Origin: an uncultured Candidatus Binatia bacterium
GTDB lineage: Bacteria; Desulfobacterota; Binatia; UBA9968; CAXXLF01
Direction: 5' to 3'
NCBI GenBank assembly: GCA_965218425.1
Contig: OZ244621.1
Span: forward strand, 1,312,001-1,376,000
DNA length: 64,000 bases
Part shown: one piece after another, positions 39,995-48,987 of the stretch
Layout of the letters: every line of letters begins with the position of its first letter
Numbering within the stretch: the stretch's first letter is position 1
Position numbers and translations under genes: made by a program
Notes under the pieces: generated by a model
What the model was told of the DNA's origin: nothing
Databases searched by the model: none
Seen by the model: only the letters and a program-made list of their open reading frames with translations

Positions 39995-40429
39995 ATGAAG
40001 ATGGGCACAAAAGGATTATACGGTCTCCTCGCCATGGGGGAACTCGTTCAAAACTATAAGACCAATCGTCCAATTCAGGTGAAGGATATCGCCCAGCGAC
40101 AGAAGATTCCCGAAGAATACTTGGGGCAAATCATGGTTTTCCTCAAACGAGCGAATCTCGTGCGCGGAACAAGAGGACCGGGAGGTGGCTATCAGTTGGC
40201 TCGTTCGCCTGAATCCATCACAGTGGGACAGGTGGTGAAATGCCTGGAGGGACGTCCTCTGGCCTTCGATTTAAAAGATCAGAAAAACCCTTCAGCCCAA
40301 TCCGTCATCCAACGCAGACTTATGGAGACTTGGGAGAAAGCAATGGAGGCGTCAGAAAAAGTCCTCGAAGAGGTATCTCTCGCTGATCTCTGTAAGCCAG
40401 AAGAACGAAGCCAAATGTACTACATTTGA
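39995..40429 (+). CDS. Rrf2 family transcriptional regulator (CymR-like, no IscR-type Cys triad)
   Basis: KG.YGL.AM, IA.RQ.IP..YL.QI, RGPGGGY.LAR, C-terminal MYYI. Confidence 0.9.
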   Translation: MKMGTKGLYGLLAMGELVQNYKTNRPIQVKDIAQRQKIPEEYLGQIMVFLKRANLVRGTRGPGGGYQLARSPESITVGQVVKCLEGRPLAFDLKDQKNPSAQSVIQRRLMETWEKAMEASEKVLEEVSLADLCKPEERSQMYYI

Positions 40430-40496
40430 ACGAACCGTTGCCTTGGCCGTGGAGGAGCAGAATCGGCTTCCTCTGGCACTCCGATTTTCAAATCAA

Positions 40497-41996
40497 ATGA
40501 TCCAACCTTCGTTCCAAGAATTTACCCGCCTTTCCAGGCAAGGGAATCTGGTTCCTGTTTACCAGGAACTGCTCATGGATTTGGAAACTCCGCTTTCCTT
40601 TTTTAAAAGATTAAAAAGGGACTGCTATTCCTTTCTCCTGGAAAGCGTTGAAGGAAGTGAACGTTGGGCACGCCATTCGTTTTTAGGGACCAACCCCTAC
40701 CTCGTCTTTAAGGCGAGGGGAGAGCAAATTGAGACGATCGAAAACGGGAAGCGCAAGACCTTTGCTTCGACTGGCCCGCTCCAGGTATTGGAGGAACTTC
40801 TTGGAACCTATCGTCCCGTTCCCGTGGAGGGAATGCCTCCGTTTTTCGGCGGTGCGCTCGGTTACGTTTCCTACGACGCGGTGGAGCAACTCCACGAAAT
40901 CTCCAATGTCAAAAAAGAGCATCTCGAGCTGCCCACCATCTATTTCATCTTTGTCCAAACCCTGGTGGCCTTTGATAACCTCAAGCACACCATAAAGGTG
41001 ATCGACAATGTGAGGCTGGACGGAAAGGAAAGCCTACGGGACGCCTATAAAGGGGCCGCCAATCGCATCCAAAAACTGGTGTCGTCCCTGCAGAAAAAGA
41101 CGAGCAGCCTGGAGGCCAGGGAAATCGAAGAAGGGACTGAGATAAAAAAGCCAAGCTCCAATGTAACTCCAGCGACGTTCCGTAGGATGGTCCAAAAGGC
41201 CAAGGATTACATCCGGGCAGGCGATATCATCCAGGTGGTGCTGTCCCACAGGCTTGAGACCGAGACGAGGGCCGATCCCTTCGAGGTTTACCGAGCGCTG
41301 AGATTTATCAACCCCTCTCCATATATGTTCTACCTTGAACTGGACAAGTTAAGGGTGATCGGCTCGTCACCTGAAACAATGGTGCGTCTCAACGAGGATA
41401 CCATCGAGCTCCGGCCCATTGCAGGAACACGGCCAAGAGGCAAAAACCTGATGGAGGAAAAAGAGCTGGAGGCAGATCTCCTGTCCGACCCCAAGGAGAG
41501 GGCGGAGCATATCATGCTGGTTGATCTGGGACGAAACGACGTAGGTCGGGTTGCCGAAATAGGATCCGTCCACGTCAACGAGCTCATGGCCATCGAGAAA
41601 TATTCCCACGTGATTCATATCGTGTCCAATATCCGTGGAAAAATGTCAGCCGGTGAACGTCCCTCGGGTCTCTTTGTCTCCTGTTTTCCAGCGGGAACAG
41701 TCTCAGGGGCACCCAAGATCAGGGCCATGCAGATCATTAGTGAGCTGGAGACCGAAAAAAGAGGACTGTATGCAGGCGCAATTGGATACTTCGGCTTCAA
41801 CGGCAATATGGATACTTGCATCGTTATCCGAACCATTCTCATGCACGGTAGAAAGGTGTGCATCCATGCCGGTGCCGGAATTGTAGCGGACTCCGATCCC
41901 CACAAGGAATATCAGGAGACCTTGAACAAGGCAGGGGCAATGCTCAAGGCTGTTAACCTGGCGGAAACGTGGAGCAGGAAAGCCGGTAAAAAATGA
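40497..41996 (+). CDS. trpE: Anthranilate synthase component I
   Basis: LLESVEG.E, GD.IQVVLS, NPSPYM, PIAGTRPRG, KERAEH.MLVDLGRND, PAGTVSGAPK. Confidence 0.95.
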   Translation: MIQPSFQEFTRLSRQGNLVPVYQELLMDLETPLSFFKRLKRDCYSFLLESVEGSERWARHSFLGTNPYLVFKARGEQIETIENGKRKTFASTGPLQVLEELLGTYRPVPVEGMPPFFGGALGYVSYDAVEQLHEISNVKKEHLELPTIYFIFVQTLVAFDNLKHTIKVIDNVRLDGKESLRDAYKGAANRIQKLVSSLQKKTSSLEAREIEEGTEIKKPSSNVTPATFRRMVQKAKDYIRAGDIIQVVLSHRLETETRADPFEVYRALRFINPSPYMFYLELDKLRVIGSSPETMVRLNEDTIELRPIAGTRPRGKNLMEEKELEADLLSDPKERAEHIMLVDLGRNDVGRVAEIGSVHVNELMAIEKYSHVIHIVSNIRGKMSAGERPSGLFVSCFPAGTVSGAPKIRAMQIISELETEKRGLYAGAIGYFGFNGNMDTCIVIRTILMHGRKVCIHAGAGIVADSDPHKEYQETLNKAGAMLKAVNLAETWSRKAGKK

Positions 41997-42559
41997 TCCT
42001 CCTTATCGACAACTACGATTCCTTCACCTATAACCTCTATCATTACCTGGGCGAATTGGGGGCGCAGGTTCGGGTCTTTCGAAACGATAAAATTACCCTT
42101 AAGGAAATTGAGGACCTCGGCCCGAAAAAGATCGTTATTTCCCCTGGTCCCTGCACCCCAAAGGAGGCCGGCATATCATGTGACGTGGTTCGCCAATTTG
42201 CCCAGAGGACACCTATTCTCGGCGTTTGCCTAGGACACCAGTGCATCGGGGCGGCCTTCGGGGGCAGAATTATCCAGGCCCCACGGATCATGCACGGAAA
42301 GTTGTCGGACATTTTCCATGATTCTCAGACTATTTTCCAATCCGTGAAAAACCCCATGCTTGGCATGCGCTACCATTCTTTGGTCGTCGACCCTCGCCAG
42401 TTGCCCTCGGAGCTCAGCGTCAGCGCACAGACCGCTGACGAAATCATTATGGGTGTGAGGCATCGAACCTACCCGGTGGAAGGAGTCCAATTCCACCCGG
42501 AGTCTATTCTCACAGACGCCGGCAAGGCGGTGCTGAAGAACTTTTTAGACTACTACTAG
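41993..42559 (+). CDS. trpG: Anthranilate synthase component II / glutamine amidotransferase
   Basis: IDNYDSFTYNL, SPGPC, GVCLGHQ, RYHSL, QFHPES; overlaps the trpE stop. Confidence 0.95.
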   Translation: MILLIDNYDSFTYNLYHYLGELGAQVRVFRNDKITLKEIEDLGPKKIVISPGPCTPKEAGISCDVVRQFAQRTPILGVCLGHQCIGAAFGGRIIQAPRIMHGKLSDIFHDSQTIFQSVKNPMLGMRYHSLVVDPRQLPSELSVSAQTADEIIMGVRHRTYPVEGVQFHPESILTDAGKAVLKNFLDYY

Positions 42560-42560
42560 C

Positions 42561-42755
42561 AGTGATTAGTGACAAGTTACGGGTGCTGAGGACTGAGTGC
42601 GGAGGGATCAGAATCGAGGATAGAAGATTGACGATCAAAAAAAAGGCTGAAAGAAAGATCTGGACGCTATGCACTTTGCGCTCTGCTCTATGCGGTCTTC
42701 CCTTAACACTGGTTTCACTATTTTCTGCTAGCTGCTCATTGCAACCTGCCTACTG
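42561..42755. repeat. Composite heptamer-periodic repeat tract between convergent genes
   Basis: agtgatt-agtgaca-agttacg-ggtgctg-aggactg-agtgcgg; cgaggat-agaagat-tgacgat; cgctatg-cactttg-cgctctg-ctctatg. Confidence 0.7.
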
Positions 42756-42765
42756 GTTGTCGCTT

Positions 42766-43149
42766 CTAGGACCCACCTTGCACGGGACGGTTCCGAAGGC
42801 CGGGATACAACCGGTGACGAAGTCTCTGGCTATAAGAGTTGACAGTCTTTACCGATAGTGAACGACGCCTTAGCAGTTCCAGGTGAATAACCTTTTGTTC
42901 GATGTCTTTCATCATACCCTTGCGCTGCCCCTCGTCTTGCACCACTTTCAATAGGTCCCAAAGGGAGTGGATATCCCTACAAAGCTCCATCTCGGGCGGC
43001 AGCATGTGGGCGTTCTTGAGGAGATGGTACGCCATGCGAAGATCTTCAGGCACTGAACTTAGGTCCTCCTTTTCCAAGGGTTTACCCTTACCCGGAAGGT
43101 TATCAAAGGCGCCAGATCTCTGTGCCTCCCTAATTTTCTCTTCCGCCAT
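42766..43149 (-). CDS. DUF1992 domain protein
   Basis: AEEKIREA...G.FDNLPGKGKPL, RMAY.LLKNA..LPPE. Confidence 0.88.
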   Translation of the reverse strand: MAEEKIREAQRSGAFDNLPGKGKPLEKEDLSSVPEDLRMAYHLLKNAHMLPPEMELCRDIHSLWDLLKVVQDEGQRKGMMKDIEQKVIHLELLRRRSLSVKTVNSYSQRLRHRLYPGLRNRPVQGGS

Positions 43150-43613
43150 TCGCTGGATAAAAGAAAGTGCCAGAACTCTCTCCCGTGACCGCGCGGCTAT
43201 TAACCTCGACCGAGATTATAGATTCTTACCGATAAGACATTCAACAATACGACTTTAACAATATTTTCCGCGCCAAGACGCCAAGAGGAGAATTTTTGCC
43301 CAATCGGGAGACGATTATGGGTCAAATCCTAAGGGCTTCAAAAGAGACATGTTTTTGTTTGTCGTCGTCTCCCGACAAACAAAAAGTTAATTCTCTGCGC
43401 CATCTGGTGGCCTCGCGGTGAAATGTCCGAACTCCTGTCTGCGAAAACCTATGTGAATCTGCGGTTCATATGTCTTGTTTTGTCCCCTTTTTTCCCTTGG
43501 CGCCCTTTGGGTCGTCGCGCGAGTCCTCTTCCTTTCGATTCCGGTATCCAAACTCAACCAGAAATTTCAAAATAACTGCGCCTCGTTTCTGACTGCAACG
43601 TTACATTAAAGGG

Positions 43614-44021
43614 CTAGTAACTACGAACTTCAATCTCGTTCCCATCAGGATCCAAGAAATAAATGGAAGTGGCTCTGCCCCTGGCCCCCCAACGGGATAT
43701 GGGCCCCGTCACAATTTGTACCCCGTGATTCTTCATATAATCCACGATCCCGATAAAGTCACTTTGGTCCACAACCAGGCAGAAGTGGCTTAGATTAACA
43801 CTGGGTTTATCCTGCTGGGAGCCCTCTTGTCTCACTGGACTGAAATCAATGAGTGTGTGCTCGTTAATTCGCACAGACGGGAACCCCACCTTACCTTCTT
43901 TGAACTCTTGAATACGCTCTCCCTCAAGTCCTAACACACCCGTATAGAACTCTAGGGTCTTATCAATGTCCCTAACATTCAAGACGATGTGATCTAGCTC
44001 AGTGACCTTGATTGGTTTCAT
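43614..44021 (-). CDS. VOC/glyoxalase family protein
   Basis: LDHIVLNV.D....EFY..VLG, HFCL, SIYFLDPDGNEIE. Confidence 0.9.
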   Translation of the reverse strand: MKPIKVTELDHIVLNVRDIDKTLEFYTGVLGLEGERIQEFKEGKVGFPSVRINEHTLIDFSPVRQEGSQQDKPSVNLSHFCLVVDQSDFIGIVDYMKNHGVQIVTGPISRWGARGRATSIYFLDPDGNEIEVRSY

Positions 44022-44114
44022 TTTCCCTCTTTCTGGGACCCGTTCCCCTAGCCCACCAGCACCAGAGAAATCCCCTCGAGGTTCTATACACCGGTGGCAT
44101 GGCAAACCGCCGGC

Positions 44115-44351
44115 CTATCCGGACAGAAAAGCACTAGCGCATTCCTCACTGCAAAAATAATGGCCGTTTCGCTGCAGGGCGTCGGTTTTAGGGACATAGC
44201 TCTGACATTGGGGATCTAGAACCATCTCCTCCCCAGAACCGGAAGGACCCTGCTGGGAAGTCCGCCGTTTCCCGCCTCCGAATACAATATAATTGATTAG
44301 GAGTATAACGAGAAAGACTAGGAGAATAAATATAAACAGCCGGAAGACCAA
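44115..44351 (-). CDS. Small membrane-anchored YHS/TRASH-like metal-binding protein
   Basis: N-terminal TM; EMVLDPQCQSYVP...YFCSEEC. Confidence 0.8.
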   Translation of the reverse strand: MVFRLFIFILLVFLVILLINYIVFGGGKRRTSQQGPSGSGEEMVLDPQCQSYVPKTDALQRNGHYFCSEECASAFLSG

Positions 44352-44383
44352 ATCTTCGCCCTCTCAGGCCCTTGCCCCGGCAA

Positions 44384-44875
44384 TTAAAGTCTCGACAGGC
44401 TCACCCTTTTGTTATCTTTGACATTCACCAGGAGCTGCGAGATGGTCATTCCCAACACCGGATGAATGATCTGAGGAGCGATCTCGCTTAAAGGAATGAG
44501 AACAAATTTCCTGTTCTGCATTTCGGGATGGGGAATGGTGAACCCCCTACGATCCAATTTAAGATTATTATAGAGAAGTATGTCCAGGTCAATGATGCGA
44601 GCGCCCCACCGCTTCTTTGCTTTTTTGCGCCCCATGGCCCGCTCAATACTCTTGCACTTGCTAAGCAACACCTCCGGCCCCAACTCGGTGTCCACCTCAA
44701 TCACCGCATTGACGTACCACTCCTTAGAATCTCCCCAAGGCTCGCTTTCATAGCAAGAGGAGGCTTTGGTGATACGTGTTTTTGGTATATTTCTGATTCG
44801 ATCAAGGGCTTCAAGGTAGTTTCCCTTTTTTTTACCCTGATTGGAACCAATTCCGATGTAAACTTGATGTGCCAC
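44384..44875 (-). CDS. folK: 2-amino-4-hydroxy-6-hydroxymethyldihydropteridine diphosphokinase
   Basis: YIGIGSN.G, WGARIIDLDILL, IPHP....R.FVLIPL.EI. Confidence 0.95.
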   Translation of the reverse strand: MAHQVYIGIGSNQGKKKGNYLEALDRIRNIPKTRITKASSCYESEPWGDSKEWYVNAVIEVDTELGPEVLLSKCKSIERAMGRKKAKKRWGARIIDLDILLYNNLKLDRRGFTIPHPEMQNRKFVLIPLSEIAPQIIHPVLGMTISQLLVNVKDNKRVSLSRL

Positions 44876-45069
44876 AATTCTCCACGGAACCCAGGCGTGC
44901 CCCGTCCGAGGTTACTTTTCTTCTTGATGAGTTCCGGGTAGAAGTGAAGAAATGTGGATAGCGTGTATCAGCAACTCACCAGGAGTGGGCTAAGACCTGC
45001 GATGTCGTCAGTAACTGCTCCAGATATCGCCCTAATCAGCGTATCTCCTAAAAGTTATTCGGACCGGTA

Positions 45070-46242
45070 TTAAAATTTCATCTGCTGGATTCTATTCACA
45101 ACCTCCTTTAGACGTTCTTTGTCCACACACAGTGTGAAACGGATGTAGCCTTCACCTGATGCACCGAACCCGTTACCTGGTGTACAGACGATGCCTGCCT
45201 CCTCCAGCAGCCGGGTGGCCAGTTGGGCTGATGTGACTCCCTTCGGGACTGCCACCCAAACATAAAAGGTAGCGCGGGGGTTTTCACATTGAAGACCAGC
45301 TTTGTGAAGGGCAGAAACCAGGACGTCGCGCCTCTCCTGGTAGAGCCTTCTCAAGGGTTGCACCAACTCTTCTGAACGGCCCAGGGCTTCAATGGCCGCT
45401 TCCTGCACTGCCTGAAATGCACCGGAATCGACGTTGGACTTGACCTGTGCCAATCCAGCCACGAGATCCGTGTTCCCAACAGCCATCCCGATTCGCCAGC
45501 CAGTCATGTTAAAGGTCTTGGAAAGCGAGTGGAATTCGATCCCCACTTCCCTGGCCCCATCCACCTGAAACAGACTTAAGGGTCGGTAACCGTCGAAGCA
45601 AACCTCCGTGTAGGCGGCGTCGTGACAGAGAATAATCTGGTGGCGGTGGGCAAATCCTACAATCTCTTGGAAAAATTCCTTATCCGCCACCGCGGCGGTG
45701 GGATTATTGGGATAGCCAAACCATAGCATTTTGGCCTGCCGGGCAACTTCCGTGGGGATTGCCTTTAGATCGGGGAGGAAACGGTTCTCCTTCCGAAGGG
45801 GGAGGTGATAGATCTTTCCGCCGTTAAACTGGGTCCCGATCTGATATACAGGGTAGGCAGGGTCAGTGGCCAGTACGAGGTCGCCCGGATCAACATAGGC
45901 CACCGCCATATTGGCGATGCCCTCCTTGGATCCTATAAGGGAAGTGACTTCCTTCGCCGCGTCTAGCTTTACTCCGAAGCGCCCCTGATACCAATCCGCC
46001 ACAGCCCGCCGAAAACTCATCATGCCAGAGCTGCTAGGATAACGGTGATTCTCCGGATTTCCCACAGCCTGCTTGAGTTTTTCGATGATAGGAGTTGGTG
46101 TCGGCGTATCCGGATCGCCCACTCCCAAGTCTATCAGATCAACTCCCTTGGCCTTTGCCTCGTTTTTCTTGCGATCTATTTCGGCAAAGAGGTAAGGTGG
46201 TAACTCTTTAATTCTTTTAGCTTTTTCAAATTCAATAGCCAA
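45070..46242 (-). CDS. dapL: LL-diaminopimelate aminotransferase (TTG start at about 46242 preferred; ORF track extends to 46302)
   Basis: LPPYLFAEID, DLGVGDPD, GSKEGI, YPNNPT, DAAY, EFHSLSKTFNMTGWRIG. Confidence 0.88.
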   Translation of the reverse strand: MAIEFEKAKRIKELPPYLFAEIDRKKNEAKAKGVDLIDLGVGDPDTPTPTPIIEKLKQAVGNPENHRYPSSSGMMSFRRAVADWYQGRFGVKLDAAKEVTSLIGSKEGIANMAVAYVDPGDLVLATDPAYPVYQIGTQFNGGKIYHLPLRKENRFLPDLKAIPTEVARQAKMLWFGYPNNPTAAVADKEFFQEIVGFAHRHQIILCHDAAYTEVCFDGYRPLSLFQVDGAREVGIEFHSLSKTFNMTGWRIGMAVGNTDLVAGLAQVKSNVDSGAFQAVQEAAIEALGRSEELVQPLRRLYQERRDVLVSALHKAGLQCENPRATFYVWVAVPKGVTSAQLATRLLEEAGIVCTPGNGFGASGEGYIRFTLCVDKERLKEVVNRIQQMKF

Positions 46243-46323
46243 CTCCGCGTCCCCCGTGATGGAAAATGGCATTTTTTTACCTGTTTTTTGCGATTTTGAC
46301 AACCGATTCCGTTATTATTAATT

Positions 46324-47030
46324 GGGTCATGCCTAGCTGAGTGGGTTTTCGCATAGGTACTGTAGCAGGGTTCGATACTTGTTGGAACCTCGACGGTTGT
46401 ATCGCCATTCGGTTTCCTTGAGATGGAGGTGCAAGGTGTGTTTGGGCAGGCCTTTGAACCTTGCCAGCCTGACCTTCGCCAGAGCCCACAAGCCCTAGAT
46501 GCCGTTGATATGGACGGCCCCCTTGGTGAACTCCTCCTTGCAATGATCGACGCGGAAGTGACCATAGCCGAGATCGACTAGGGCGTTGTAGCCACGCCAG
46601 CCATCGGAATGGATGACGGTGCTGGCGTCCACCCGGCCCCGGATAATGCCCTGTAACGTCGGCTTCGAGCAATCCGAGACGATCTCGGTGTAGACTTGCC
46701 CCTGGCGCTCGAAGATGCCGAAGACGGCTGTTTTGCCGTAGGCACCGCGCCCCAAACAAGCTCTCATCGACCTCGACGACACCAAACAAGGGACGCTGCG
46801 TTTCACAACCAAGCACAATACGCTCCCTCAAGCCACGGTAGAGCCGGTTCACGGTGTGGCGGTTCAGACCGCTCAGAGCCGCCGCCTGGAGTGCGGTCAA
46901 ATCAGCGGCAAAACAGCGCACGACCCCCCGGATCTTGGCCTCAGAAGTCCTTGAACGCTTCGCATGCTTGTTTTTCATTGCCATGTATAGCCTTATGCAT
47001 CATTCTATATTCCTCAGCTAGGCATGACCC
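46324..47030 (-). mobile_element. Degenerate IS1595-family (IS1016-like) insertion sequence, 707 bp
   Basis: Perfect 18-bp TIRs gggtcatgcctagctgag (46324-46341, 47013-47030); flanking TAATT duplication (46319-46323, 47031-47035). Confidence 0.92.
46333..46984 (-). pseudogene. IS1595-family DDE transposase, frameshifted and nonsense-mutated
   Basis: VEVDES.FG, GRGA.GKT.VFG, IHSDGWRGY, HINGI*G.W, HLKE.EWRYN; frameshift at about 46750, TAG at 46495-46497. Confidence 0.9.
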
Positions 47031-47054
47031 TAATTTTTATTTTAGAAGCTTATC

Positions 47055-47537
47055 ATGGCCATTCAAATAATAGTGGACGGTTATAACCTGATTGGGAGCC
47101 AAAGAGGATTACGGGGAGACCTCGAGGGCAAAAGGTACAGGCTCATCCAAAGGCTTCAGAAGTACCGGGAAAAAAAGGGATTTGGTGTAATTCTGGTGTT
47201 TGATGGATGGCGCTCAGGGCGATCCACCGAGGTTCAACGGCAATCGGGGGGAATAACCGTAATTTTCTCTCAGCAAGGGGAGAAGGCGGACGACGTCATC
47301 ATAAAGCTAGCTAAACAACTTGGCAGCGGTTGCGTTGTTGTGACATCAGACCGAGAGGTCCGCAGATCCGCTGAGGGAAGCAGCGCAGTGGCCGTCTACG
47401 CGGGAGAGTTCACTACCATTCTTCACAATATTGACGATGATGCACCGGACGAAATCCGCCGATCCACTAAGAAGGGCAACCCACGCAAGCTCTCAAAAAT
47501 CGAGAGGAAGAGGCAGGAGGTCCTCAAAAAACTATAG
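47055..47537 (+). CDS. NYN/PIN-domain protein (YacP/Rae1-like)
   Basis: IIVDGYNLI, VFDG, ADDVI, VVTSDRE. Confidence 0.9.
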   Translation: MAIQIIVDGYNLIGSQRGLRGDLEGKRYRLIQRLQKYREKKGFGVILVFDGWRSGRSTEVQRQSGGITVIFSQQGEKADDVIIKLAKQLGSGCVVVTSDREVRRSAEGSSAVAVYAGEFTTILHNIDDDAPDEIRRSTKKGNPRKLSKIERKRQEVLKKL

Positions 47538-47779
47538 CAAACCATGGCAACCCAAGGCCTGTGACAGCGGCCAAAACATGGACTGCAACCATAGTTTTTT
47601 TACCCTTCCGCCTTTCAATCCGGATATAAACCCCATCGTGCACCGGGTCTTCTAGTGACCGCAGTCACCGAGGGCAATTTCCAGGGGTTCCCACCAACGT
47701 GCAATTTGCCCATTGGGAATCACGGGGGTATCATAAAAAGGTCACAGAAACCACTCGTTCTTAGGCAGATGGAACATCC

Positions 47780-48463
47780 TTGATTCCGATTCACGACAAC
47801 AATCCCACGGTGCTCCGGCCCATAGTGACTGTGATCTTTATTATGGCCAATGTGGCGGTATTTCTCTTTGAACTCTCCCTCGGCCCACGGTATCTCGACA
47901 ATTTTATCAATCAAATGGGCATGGTGCCGGCGTCACTCACCCAGGGCCCAGCCCAGGTGAGCAGTGCCTATTGGACTCCTGTGAGCTCCATGTTCTTACA
48001 CGGCGGTTGGATGCACCTGCTCGGCAACATGCTTTATTTGTGGATCTTCGGCAATAACATTGAGGACAGCATGGGACACCTTAGGTTTATCTGTTTCTAC
48101 CTGATTGTTGGGATAGCAGCCGCCGCTACCCATGTGGTTTTGAATCCTACCTCGACCGTTCCAACCATTGGTGCCTCAGGGGCGGTTTCGGGAGTCCTGG
48201 GGGCTTATCTCGTTCTGTTTCCACGTGCGCGTGTCAGGACCTTGGTTACCCTTGGATGGTTCATTCACATCACCTATCTTCCCGCATGGATCCTTCTGCT
48301 TGTCTGGATTGGGTTTCAATTTCTGTCCCATACCATGCAACCCGTGGACCCAAACGCCGCAGGGGTAGCTTACGCAGCTCACATCGGTGGTTTCGTTGCA
48401 GGACTTGTACTGATCCTACCCTTCAGAAAGTACCGACGTAGGGTCTATTCTCGCTACACCTAA
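47780..48463 (+). CDS. Rhomboid family intramembrane serine protease
   Basis: SMFLHGGWMHL.GNMLYLWIFG.N.ED, GASGA, AHIGGF. Confidence 0.94.
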   Translation: MIPIHDNNPTVLRPIVTVIFIMANVAVFLFELSLGPRYLDNFINQMGMVPASLTQGPAQVSSAYWTPVSSMFLHGGWMHLLGNMLYLWIFGNNIEDSMGHLRFICFYLIVGIAAAATHVVLNPTSTVPTIGASGAVSGVLGAYLVLFPRARVRTLVTLGWFIHITYLPAWILLLVWIGFQFLSHTMQPVDPNAAGVAYAAHIGGFVAGLVLILPFRKYRRRVYSRYT

Positions 48464-48508
48464 GGCGAATTGATAAGTGCACGAATGAAGGGAATGAAGG
48501 GGGACAGG

Positions 48509-48907
48509 TTACCGGCGTCTGCCCGTGATCGATCTTCTGTGGAAATGTCGGCGCCCCGCGAATCCCCTCCTATGGGAGGGCCTAGGCTGTCTAAAAGCTT
48601 CGGAGTGAACATACTGACGGCGTCTGCCACTGTGGGTTTCAGGGTGGATGTATTGGAGACCCTTGAAATTCCTCTTGAAAGACCGTCCATAGCGTCGGTG
48701 AACAGGAAAATGTCTTTTCCTAACACGTCTGATACCGGAGTTGACCACGATAATATTCGTGGCGGCTTGAGGATTATACTCTACGGGATAAGGCTGCGGC
48801 TCGGTCGGTTCGATACTCCTTGCCTGAGAGTAGTATTTTAGGGCAGCTGGATCCGGGGGGGTGATTTGACCTGCCCCTGCGCATGCGTCCCCCTCCTCTT
48901 GGGTCAA
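48509..48907 (-). CDS. Hypothetical Arg/His-rich ORF, possibly a truncated remnant at the island edge
   Basis: Low-complexity basic C-terminus; no recognisable domain; in-frame stops just upstream. Confidence 0.25.
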   Translation of the reverse strand: MTQEEGDACAGAGQITPPDPAALKYYSQARSIEPTEPQPYPVEYNPQAATNIIVVNSGIRRVRKRHFPVHRRYGRSFKRNFKGLQYIHPETHSGRRRQYVHSEAFRQPRPSHRRGFAGRRHFHRRSITGRRR

Positions 48908-48987
48908 AGACTACCCTCCAGGTGAGGACAATCAAGGGGAGCAGGTCAGTTGTGCGCCGCCGCGCGCCTGTGACGCCAAATGCTCCT

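Noticed and set aside
8646..46497. Genome-wide amber (TAG) recoding, suggested by in-frame TAGs in the SBP and the transposase
   Set aside because: Many intact genes here end normally at TAG (CoA-transferase, fsa, trpG), and the transposase is also frameshifted.
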